Shown one piece after another: positions 25,308-35,834 of a DNA stretch of 43,613 nucleotides; within the stretch, counting starts at the first letter, position 1; the number at the start of each line of letters is the position of its first letter. Origin of the DNA: Chiloscyllium plagiosum (Eukaryota); assembly GCF_004010195.1 (NCBI RefSeq), contig NC_057711.1, positions 82,605,089 through 82,648,701 of the forward strand. The letters are read 5' to 3'. A program made the translations under genes and the position numbers. The notes below the pieces were generated by a model. That model saw nothing but the letters and a program-made list of their open reading frames with translations. It was not told the DNA's origin and did no database searches.

Positions 25308-26711
25308 CTATCTTCCTGTTTGTCCTATGTAGTGTTTTGTGCAGTCCTTGCATGGGATTTTGTACACTACATTGGTTTTGCTCATGCTGGATATCGGGTC
25401 CTTTGTTCTGGTGAGTTGTCTGAGAGTGGCTGTTGGTTTGTGTGCTGTTATGAGTCCTAGTGGTCGCAGTAGTCTGACTGTCAGTTCAGAAATGCTCTTG
25501 ATGTATGGTAGTGTGGCTAGTCGTTTGTTTTTTATGTATTGAAAGAAACTTTTACTATCATTTCTAATATTACTGGCAATCCTACCTTCATATTTGATCC
25601 TCTCCTTCCTTATTTCTCTCTTTGTTATCCTCTGTTTATTTTTGTAGCCTTCCCAATCTTCTGATTTCCCAGTGCTCTTGGCCACTTTATACGATCTCTC
25701 TTTTTCTTTAATACATTTCCTGACTTCCTTTGTCAGCCATGGCTGTCGAATCCCTCCCCGGATAATCTTTCTTTTCTTGGGGATGAACCTCTGTACAGTG
25801 TCCTCAATTACACCCACAAACTCCTGCCATTTTTGCTCTACTGTCTTGCCCGGTAGGCTCTGCTTCCAGTCTATTTTCGTCAGTTCCTCTCTCATGCCCT
25901 CATAATTACCTTTATTTAACTGTAACATCATTATATCCGATTTTGCCTTCTCTCTTTCAAACTGCAGACTGAATTCTACCATCTTATGATCGCTGCTTCC
26001 TAAGTGTTCCCTTACTTTAAGATTTTTTATAAAGTCTGGTTCATTACATAGCACTAGGTCCAGAATAGCCTGCTCCCTTGTGGGCTCCATGATAAGCTGT
26101 TCCAAAAAGCCATCCTGTAAATATTCCATGAATTCCCTTTCTTTGGATCCACTGGCAACATTATTTACCCAGTCCACCTGCATATTGAAGTCTCCCATGA
26201 TCACCGTGACCTTGCCTTTCTGACATGCCTTCTCTATTTCCCGGTATATGTTGCGCCCCTGGTCCTGACCGCTGTTAGGAGGTCTGTACATAACTCCCAT
26301 TATGGTTTTTTTGCCTTTGTGGTTGTTCAATTCCACCCACATAGACTCTACATCATCCGACGCTATGTCATTCAGTGCCATAGATTTAATTTTGTTCTTA
26401 ACTAACAAGGCAACCCCACCCCCTCTGCCCACCTCCCTGTCTTTTCGATAAGTTGAAAATCCTTGGATGTTTAACTGCCAGTCCTGACCCCCCTGTAACC
26501 ACGTCTCTGTGATGCCCACCACATCATAATCATTCAAGATGATCTGTGCCATTAGTTCATCTGCTTTGTTACGAATGCTACGAGCATTCAGGTAAAGTGC
26601 CTTAATGCTAACTTTCTTATCACTAGAGATATTGGAAATCATAAGATGTCCTAAGTTATCCTTCCTTTTTGCTGCATTCCCAGTCTGCCTCAAGTTTAAA
26701 TCCGCCTGCAC
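25308..26711 (-). CDS. Chimeric ORF: CR1 ORF2 APE endonuclease and linker fused in frame to the PLE GIY-YIG N-terminal part
   Basis: APE motifs YLNARS, GITETWL, YRPP, GDFN, LDLVL and SSDH, then LATLPYIK...NVVYKIPCKDCTKHYIGQTGR-stop. Junction at about 25522. Expression is not known. Confidence 0.6.
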   Translation of the reverse strand: MQADLNLRQTGNAAKRKDNLGHLMISNISSDKKVSIKALYLNARSIRNKADELMAQIILNDYDVVGITETWLQGGQDWQLNIQGFSTYRKDREVGRGGGVALLVKNKIKSMALNDIASDDVESMWVELNNHKGKKTIMGVMYRPPNSGQDQGRNIYREIEKACQKGKVTVIMGDFNMQVDWVNNVASGSKEREFMEYLQDGFLEQLIMEPTREQAILDLVLCNEPDFIKNLKVREHLGSSDHKMVEFSLQFEREKAKSDIMMLQLNKGNYEGMREELTKIDWKQSLPGKTVEQKWQEFVGVIEDTVQRFIPKKRKIIRGGIRQPWLTKEVRKCIKEKERSYKVAKSTGKSEDWEGYKNKQRITKREIRKERIKYEGRIASNIRNDSKSFFQYIKNKRLATLPYIKSISELTVRLLRPLGLITAHKPTATLRQLTRTKDPISSMSKTNVVYKIPCKDCTKHYIGQTGR

Positions 26712-26788
26712 ATATGCTATCCTGGCTGCTTATCTTTCCATTTAACTCCATACTCCCTGTAGCTTTCACTCTCCCTTCCCCCCCCAAC

Positions 26789-27608
26789 TCAGAAGTTTAA
26801 AGTCCTACTGACCACCCTATTTATCCTCTTCGCTAGAATATTGGTACCTGATCGGTTCAGGTGGAGACCGTCCCAACGGTACAGATCCCCCCGGTTCCAA
26901 AACTGATGCCAATACCCCATGAAGTGGAATCCCTCTTTCCAATCCCTTAGCCACGTGTTTACTTCCCTAATTTTCTTATCCCTATGCCAATTGGCACGTG
27001 GCTCGGGCAGTAATCTTGAGGACCTGTACTTCAATTTCCTTCCCAGTGCTTGATAATCCCCAAACAGGTCCTCCACCCTAGCTTTGCCTATGATGTTAGT
27101 CCCAACATGGACCACAACAAATGGATCCTCCCCCTCCCACTCCAATATCCTTTCAAGCCGGTCGGAGATGTCCTGCACCCTAGCACCGGGCAGGCAACAC
27201 ACCATGTGAGACTCCCGATCCGGCTTGCAAAGGATACTATCTATCCCCCTAATTATAGAATCCCCTATAACAACTACTTGTCTTTTTGCACCCCCCTCTT
27301 GAATGGCCTTCTGCGCCATGGTCAGCTGGCTCATCCTGTCCAGAGCTCTTTTCCTCATCCGAACAGGGAGCAAGAATCTCATACCTGTTGGACAAGGTCA
27401 AGGGCTGAGGCTCCTGCACTCCTGAACTCAGGTTCCCCCTACCTGCCTCACTTACAGTCACATTCTGATGTCCCTGATCGCTAATTGAATATGAATTACT
27501 TAATATCCCAGGTGTGACTGTCTCCTGAAACAAAGCGTCCAGGTAACTATCCCCCTCCCAGAGGTGCCGCAGTATTTGAAGCTCAGATTCCAGATCATCA
27601 ACTCTGAT
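26789..27608 (-). pseudogene. CR1 ORF1 remnant with SGNH/GDSL esterase domain (frameshifted, 5' missing)
   Basis: VVVIGDSIIRG, CLPGARVQD, VHVGTN and DGLHLN, with upstream LTLSNRYEILA in another frame. Confidence 0.85.
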
Positions 27609-27700
27609 CCCTTTTGAATAGTGTCTTGATGCAACTTCTTTTGTGTGTGTTGCTGTCAACACACACAAAAGAAGTTGCATCAAGACCCTATTTAAAAGGG
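27609..27700. repeat. 44-bp-arm hairpin at the PLE fold-back point
   Basis: cccttttgaatagtgtcttgatgcaacttcttttgtgtgtgttg, loop ctgt, then caacacacacaaaagaagttgcatcaagaccctatttaaaaggg, with 2 mismatches. Confidence 0.9.
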
Positions 27701-28501
27701 CCACAAAACACTGCAGTACACCAGAACTGCAAAAAGAGAAAGAAGAACACCTATACAATGTATTCGCCAAAAAACGGATACCCCGCAATTTCATCAACAG
27801 CTGCCTAAGGGAAAGACAACGGAACGAGGACATGCCACAACCCAAAGGACTAGCCACACTACCATACATCAAGAGCATTTCCGAACTGACAGCCAGACTA
27901 CTGCGACCACTAGGACTCATAACAGCACACAAACCAACAGCCACTCTCAGACAACAACTCACCCGAACGAAGGACCCGATACCCAGCATGAGCAAAACCA
28001 ATGTAGTGTACAAAATCCCATGCAAGGACTGCACAAAACACTACATAGGATAAACAGGAAGACAGCTAACGGTCCGCATCCATACATACCAACTAGCCAC
28101 GAAACGACATGACCAGCTATCCTTAGTAGCCACACACACGGATGACAAGCAACATGAATTCGACAAGGACAACACTACTATTATAGGACAAGCCAAACAG
28201 AGAACAGCCAGGGAATTCCTAGAGGCATGGCACTCATCCACAGATTCAATCAATAAGCACATCGACCTGGACCCAATATACCGGCCACTGCAACGGACAG
28301 CTGGAACTGATAACCGGAAGCAACAGATTCAAACCACTACAAATGCCGGAGGAAAGATCACAGAAGCGCTTCACAGGAGGCTCCCAAGCACTGAGGATGC
28401 CACCTAGACAGGGGGAGAAACGTCTGCAACACAAATTCCCAGTTCGGCGAACAGAACCACAATAACGAGCACCCGAGCTACAAATCTTCTCACAAACTTT
28501 G
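27657..28501 (+). mobile_element. 5'-truncated Penelope-like element (RT thumb region, GIY-YIG, pLTR)
   Basis: HKRSCIKTLFKRA...VVYKIPCKDCTKHYIG*TGR...AREFLEAWHS...INKHIDLDPIY. Premature TAA at 28051-28053 and a hammerhead at 28388-28427. Confidence 0.9.
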
Positions 28502-30599
28502 AACTGTAAAGAAACATCCAACATTAAGAATGTAAGGAGCTCTTCAGTATTAACCACTGAGGAAAATACAAATATCAATTAAACAACCATGACCGCAAGG
28601 ACACCCTGTACACCAAACTGTATATTTCACATCTTCTTTTTGTACTGTACATTATTCCTCTTTAACTTTACGCTTGTATGCATATTGCCTGACATGGTGT
28701 CATTATTATTTTCTCAAGGTTAACAAATAGTAAAATTGCTCTTTCTGTCACTCAAAAACATTTTACAATTGGCTCATTACTGATAGAATCGATATTCAGT
28801 AATTACATTTTATAAGAGGTAGATATAATCTCATAATTAATAGAACAATAAGTCTTTATTAAAGTTAACCAAGGAGGTTGAAGACGGGTGAGTCAATTCA
28901 TCTGACCTCACCTGGTAGTAAAAGTGAGTAGGTTTTTGTGCTTTAGCATATCTGCTCCATGCTACTTCTCTGGATTCCAGCTCTTGCTATCATTTTTAAT
29001 ATTTCCCTTAAGCCACATCCAGGTTTAATTAATCAAGTAGAGTGTGCATAGATCAGTTACCAGACTTTCAGTATTAAATACAGAACAATTGAAAATACAC
29101 TAACAACTTGTCAACTTTAAAATTCCCATTTTTGTTTACAAATTCAAACTGCATATATTCAGAAAAAGCAGATCTACAACTGACGTACTCCATGATCCAT
29201 AAAGGAACTGCCAGAAGCTGCAAAGAAAAAGGGAAATTTATTGAACTATTTATCTGAGTGTGGAGCTAGGAGGAGCAGCACAGCTCTTACTGACCTCACA
29301 TCAAAATCATAGGTTGTTGTGGACCTCTCTTGTGGTCCCCTACACCAACTGCTAAGTTAATCTCACTCCTGATATCCCAATTGTGCATATCCTAATCACC
29401 ATAAATGGCCACCACTAGCAATGGTTGTTCCTTTAAGCAGTTTCTATCTGAAGGCTGCTGATGGTAATGCATCCATTGGAAATTCAAAACTACTTGCTGG
29501 TGAATGGCATGTCCTTAGATATCTCCAATTTTATTTTACTCCGAACTGAGACCAAATTTTGAGAATACCCTAAGCCTCACTTTTCAGATGCTGGGATGAT
29601 ATTTTACACCATGTTGGAGCAAGCCTGCAGACAGAATTCGATTTCTGACAAAAATCAATCTCTGTGTTTGTATCAGGATTACTCCCTGCACCAAAAAAAA
29701 ACCTGGCGATTAATTTCTTCTGAGAAGATTTTTATGGTTACTTAGTGATATCTAAACCCATTTTCAGACATGTTTCTGGTGTCTATGGAGTATGATTCAC
29801 ACTTAACATTTCAAACTTATTCTACACTCTTAGCAATACAGTGCAGTGAACTCTTGTCTACAGTTCCAATGACTGGTCACTTAATGTGTTGCAAGTTAAA
29901 TTCATGTTAGTTTTGATAAATCTATGAATATTTCTAAAACCAGCAAGGTGGAAATGGGGATTTCATCAGTGAAATTTGTAAAAAAACCCTTTATATTCTT
30001 TAGGTCTCAATTAAAGGCATCAAGAAAAGTCAGACAGAGAGAATTATCAACGGAATCAGATGTTTAGCTAAATGGATGCAAATGGTAATAATAGTTCATG
30101 TTATAGTTGTTAATATTTGTTAAATTTAATGTTACTGGTAACCAGTAAACTACATTTGAAATATATGCTTATATGAACTCTGAATGGCTATCTGAAAATA
30201 TTGGCCTAGAATTTCCTGGAAGAACTTATTTGATAATAGATACTGTAAGGCATTTCACTTGCACTACAAATTTTGCATTCTGAATTTGTACTGACATTTC
30301 CTGGAAAGGTAGTTTGAATGTTTTACGGTAAACACACTAGCAAACCAGTGACACTTGAAAGTGATATAGCTGATGGTTTCTTTAGTGTTCATCTTTTGAG
30401 GTATTTGGTACGGCTCTAATGAATATGAAAGTTACTGCTAATGATGATCTATGTTTGGAGGGTTATACTGTAAAATACCGCAGATTTTGGTTTGAGTGAG
30501 TTTTTGGCTTTGTATCACTAGTCCTTGAAATATTCCTCTGCCTCTCATATGTGTTTGCTTTTGAGGAAGATAATACTTTTTTTATTTAGTTGAACCAAG

Positions 30600-31235
30600 A
30601 GCAGAAATCCTGGCAGTGTTTATTCAGGATTGGAAGTTAATCTGAAAACTCTTCTGTGAATCCTTCAGTGTGTTCTTATATCACTTCCTTTGGTTGTGAG
30701 CACATCCCAGACTCAAGCTAGTTGTTATAGCTCACAGCACAACAATCTTGCATGTTCCGTGTCTTTATTAAAGTGACTATAAAATAGATACCTGCTGTGA
30801 GTGCTTAATGGTATGGTCTCATGACTATAGCAAACTAGGAGGCATATTGGTACAGTGTTGCATTTGTATCTCATACAGTCTCCATAGAAAATCCACTTCT
30901 GTAAGTGAATATTAGGCATTCTAGTTACCTGGCCAGTCCAGCTCAGTTGTAACTGTTTCAATATGGTATGGATATTGTAATGCTGGCTTGGGTGAGTCCC
31001 TCAGTGACTGGTATTTTGCCCTGTTACCTGATCTTCAGAAGCTTCAAGTGAAAGCAGTTAAGTTTCTGGTACATAACTTAGGTTTTGTGTATGTAAAGCA
31101 GAGTGAGCAGAACCAGTGCTGTATATACTTTCATTTTGGTGAACAGATTTATTTCCCTTCAGCATCAGATTTCAGTTCAAAGTTGATGGAAGGCTATGCT
31201 TGCTTTGGCAAATCTTGTGGTTATCTCATATCAAT
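30600..31235 (-). mobile_element. Degenerate RTE-clade LINE 3' fragment
   Basis: QLSWTGQVTRMPNIHLQKWIFYG resembles the RTE motif QLRWAGHVxRMxxxRLPKxIFYG. Confidence 0.6.
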
Positions 31236-31239
31236 GGGG

Positions 31240-31470
31240 AAATGGTACATACTGTAAATGTCACTGGATTAGTAATCCAGAAGTACTGGTTAATATTGAT
31301 ATGAATTCAAATCTCATCATGGCAGATGCTAAAATTGAATCTAACAACAATCTGGAATAAGCTCACCAAATGGTGACCATGTAATCATTGTTGATTGTTG
31401 TAAAAACCCATCTGGGGTTCACTAATGGGCAATAAGTGCCAGCTGAGCTAGAAACACCCATGTCCTATGC
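31240..31470 (+). mobile_element. SacSINE1-like SINE remnant
   Basis: actggattagtaatccaga...ttcaaatctcatcatggcag...gttgtaaaaacccatctgg...gggcaataa. Related to 15093-15325. Confidence 0.5.
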
Positions 31471-34400
31471 TGTCAAGGTAATTGAACTTGTGTTCCTGAC
31501 ATAAGCTCTCCTAATGCATTTGGAACCTTTGTCTTGAGATAGATCTTTCCTGGAGCAGGTTACATTATTTCAGTTTTTTCAAGCTGCTCTTAAGCCCAAA
31601 GTTGTCACATGTATTGAGGATTTGTCACTGGGCAGAAGTTTCATTCGGTGACCTTTGGGACATGGTGTACTTCATTGATCTAGAGGTTCTTTGCTTTTCC
31701 TCTTGTGAACATCAAGATTGATTTGATGTGAACGACAAGGAATCCTACTTGCTGGAAGAGAAACAATTCTTATGCAGGGTATAACTCAATGACAAATCCT
31801 CACTACCCAAGTGCTTACCAAACCATTTACAAGGCTGTCCAATGCAAGCTCAGAGTTTACAAGACTCTTGGCCAACAAGCATGCAAGTCTAATTGCCGAT
31901 GGAAAGCCAGGCCGATGAGGCTTGGAGTGGTTAGACCATGATTAGCAGTTTGGGGATCCAGGTAGAACTGGAGAAAAGGAACAAGCACTTCAGGTTCCAC
32001 AAACACAGGGCTGATGGTTAGTGAGGACTTGGGATGACGTAGTTGCAAAGAAGAATGTTGTGAAGGCACTCTGTAGTATGCCTGACACATTAAGGTAGAA
32101 GCTGGACAGAGTTTGTCAGAACACTGAGTGAGCATTAACCACCTTGTTTATAGTTTATCCTAGTGTCCTGCCAGGGTCTCCTGCACAGGCAGATATGCTC
32201 CATAAGGGACATGGTGCTGATGTACAGGGCAACATCTTTCTCAGAGCCATGTACTTCTTCTGGGTTCTGTACCAAGTTGTATGAGTGACTTGAGACCAAG
32301 CTGCTCAACCTTCACTGATGATGTCAGCAGCAGCTACACAACATGAGATTTAACACAACATCAAAGAATTCCTGGATTCTATTCCCTCCCAAATGTTATC
32401 ATGATCCAGGGATCACCACTCAATACTAAGCAATGTGCCTGGAAGTCTGGGAATAACATGTTGTCTCAAATGGGAAACTCTACCTCTTGGCAGAATCTCC
32501 CTTCTTCAGCTTCTTACTCTCAAGCGCAAAGGCTCCATATATATCTCTGCTAATGTATTATTACTACTTAACATTTACAGGTTGCTTTCCTGTTGTATTG
32601 GCATCACACTTACCAAATACCAGCTGACCACTTCCTGCAGAGTGTATTCATGTCGTGCATTGTGCACAATTTTTGATGCTTTAATGGGGATCTATTACAT
32701 TACCTCCTCACCCTGTCAAGGGAGTTGAAACAAGTTTTCAATCCATTGTAAGTTAGTTTTTGGGATTGAGAATTGTAGGCTTTGGGCAAGGGTGTAAAAT
32801 AATTGCAAAGGGAGATGGTAGGATTTGCAAGAGCAGAATATGGTAAACTGTGGCTGTGAAGGGTATACTATAGAAGGTGGGGCGGGTGGACAGGGTGGTT
32901 GGGGAGGTGCTCGTCAATGGTCAGGAGCCCCTGGCTTCAAGGTGGGATGCAGTGAATGACCATGCTTGGCATAGTCAACATGCCAGGGGCTGTATGGGAA
33001 AGGTCACTAAGAGTAGGCACATAAAGGCAGGTTGGGTGAGGCGCTGGGGACATGTGGTGTCTGTGGGGTTAACAATTAGGAAGGAGATCTGATTGTTTGA
33101 GGCTCACTGGCATTTTCAGGCTGAGGCTGGAAGCCACTGGCATGGAGTATGCTGGAAATTAAAGTGTGCAATAATGAAGAAAATGACTCTGGTCGGATTG
33201 GGCAGGGCAAGGAACTTGACCTGTGAGGGAGTGGGCTGCAGCAAAACAACTATCACAGGGTTTTTAAATGAAAATAGCACGGGTCACAGGACAACGCAAT
33301 GGTCAGTGCACTGTGGATTGGCTGTCTACTCCTTACATATTGTATAGCATGTTCCCTCTCTGTATATTGCATGCTACTGCTGAACAACTCTTTGGCATCT
33401 CCACCTTTGTGCAGAGATGGCACTAAATGTTAGAGTTGTTGAACAAAGATGGCTAAAGATGTTAACATGACCCAAAACCATGTGTACACATTGGTCCCCC
33501 ACTTCTGAACAAGGCAGTTGACACTCAGTGCAGACCTCCATCAATGGAAACTCATCTGTGGTCATGAAGTGTTGCCTGATGGTGTGAAATTTCATTTAGC
33601 ATCCATCCAGAGACACTCACAAGCACATGAGAATTAACACCAAGAACGTTAATGTTGAAAGTAACATCACGTACAGGTCTTCTTCACCATGCCACCAAAG
33701 TGTCCTCAGTGGACCTTTCTCTTTCTCTTGTGCCCACAGTGTCTTTGTATAAACCATTTTGTGCAGCTGAGGTGAAGCTTGTTAGTCCTGGAGGATTTGG
33801 TCAGGCAACCCCGAGGACAATTTTATTTACATAGGCCAGAGGTGCTAAGGGTCTTCTTGCTAGACGGTCCAGTGAGTAGTGTTGAATATTTCACTCTGTT
33901 TTTATTGTTTATTGATTTTCTTGAATTTTGTTTTTATTTTCGCAGCTTCTGATTTCAGCACTTGTGCCTGGACAGGGACAGGGCAATTTGGCCCACCTTG
34001 GTATGAATCTCTCCAAGATGGAGGGGGGCATGCAGGGTGGAAGTGGAGGGATTGATCATCTTAGCAGTGTCCTGAGTGGATAAAGTGGAAAAGTTTGAAT
34101 ATGTCTTCTCCTCCAGCTGGTTGTTTCCTGGCACCATTCTATGTTCTTGTGAGGATAGGGTACCTGGAATCAGGTCAAAGTCCCCGGTTGTCCTTCCTTT
34201 GACCTTGAGGACCGATGACTAAGGCAATAGAGTGCAGGTGTGAATACTTCTCCAGCAGCTCCTGAGGGGGCTGGGCTTGGCTTACTATGGCAGCCATCAA
34301 CTGTCAATGGAAGCAGCCAGATTATCATATATTTGTTGCATTGATGTCTTCTGAGCACCACTGTGGCCCACACAACTGCCTTCTGCTCCTGCTCCTCCCT

Positions 34401-34789
34401 TTGCATGTGGATGAAATTCCTGATTGCTGACACCATGGAATCACCTTGCATCAGGGCCTGAGCAGAGACCTGGTCTCTGGCAGTTTTCCAAATATTAGCA
34501 ACTTGGACTGCCATATTCTTATCAATAAGCACTGAGGGGAGAAGGAGTGAGATGACAGTGGGTGGCATGGTTATTAGTGCTCCTGCATACGGAGAGAAGG
34601 TGCTCAGGTATACCTAATGACTGAAGATGCAACACAGAGGACATGCAGGATTATGATGTGGGTGGTTGTCAACAGCAAATAATAATGGTGTTGAGAGTGA
34701 TGGGTGAGGTGGTGCTTCAATAGTGATGGGGCAGATCCTTGGTGGGAGGTGGGTGCAGTAGCAGCGGTAAAGTGAGTGTGAGATGGCTG

Positions 34790-35025
34790 AGAGAAAGCTT
34801 GACACTTGCTGGTGGAGTGGAAAAGGTCATTGACCTTCTTGTGGCATTTCTCTGTACCACGAAGATGGCATTAATCCAGATGGTGACATTGGACCTGCTG
34901 GCAGAGTCTGGTCTCCGCTGGTGGTCCTCTGGGAAGAGGACTCTCTTCTGGGGGCACTCTGTCCACCAGGACCTCCAAGGTTTTTTTGGAGACAACGATG
35001 CCATCTTTCCCTTCTTTGCCATGTT
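34790..35025 (-). pseudogene. Frameshifted Myb/SANT-like domain, probable Harbinger transposon remnant
   Basis: Across frames: MAKKGK..., LEVLVD, RVLFPEDHQRRP, INAI and KCHKKVNDL. Confidence 0.55.
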
Positions 35026-35834
35026 CTGACTCTGTCTACTGATGAGATGGGCAACTTCATAATGCCAGTGCTCATCTTGATATGACATTTACAAATGTTA
35101 CAACCAGGTAAGGAGGGCGAGTCAGCTTCCCCCTTTTTGAACCCATCTCATGGTTGCAACTAACATATTTAAATTTTCTTTTCAGCATGCATGCAATTAA
35201 ACCTTAGTTAACATAGATCAAAACGAAAGAGACAATTCCAAGATTTTCTTCAGTGAAAGAAGGAATTTTATCACCTATTACCCCAAAAATATTTTAAAAA
35301 GCATCACTGAATAAACATAGGTAATAAGTTTAAAATGAAGGTGGGAACATATCTAGTAAAAATAGGAAGATAAAAGCTGAAGCAATTTAAAGTTTTTAGT
35401 ACCTTGAGTTATGAGTTTGGTGTCCGAGACCATAATTGTTTAGCTGTTGTCATGTTTCTTCATCAGTATTGGGATCTGTATGATCCTCAGTTGTTGGTGA
35501 ATGGTGGTTTACCCAAATTACTTTCTCACTGGGTGCTTCTTGCAAGAGATCATGTGACATAGGTAGAGTGCCAGAGAACTCCAGTTCTTTTTCAGGAATC
35601 TATTTTTGCTTCTCTATGCCTTGGTGCTCAAAAGCAGCTGCTGAAATAAGGCCCATCATTGTTTTGTCAATTTACACACTCAACAGCCAGCCTTTTATCT
35701 CCCAGTATTATGCAGTTGTGAAGTAAATTGAGAAGTAAACAGAACGTGAGTTTCCTGATGCTAACTTAGTTGTCAGTTTTCACAGTCTTTGGACGAAATC
35801 GTAATTTCATTGCAGCTTTTTTATGTATTCTGAG

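Larger units (their letters stand above)
24933..28501. mobile_element. Composite insertion: inverted PLE arm, internal CR1 segment, PLE arm
   Basis: TSD aactgtaaagaaac at 24919-24932 and 28502-28515. 24930-25522 is the reverse complement of about 27848-28444. Confidence 0.85.

Noticed and set aside
27249..28034. 261-aa minus-strand ORF
   Set aside because: It is antisense PLE sequence running through the hairpin into CR1 ORF1, a by-product of the rearrangement.
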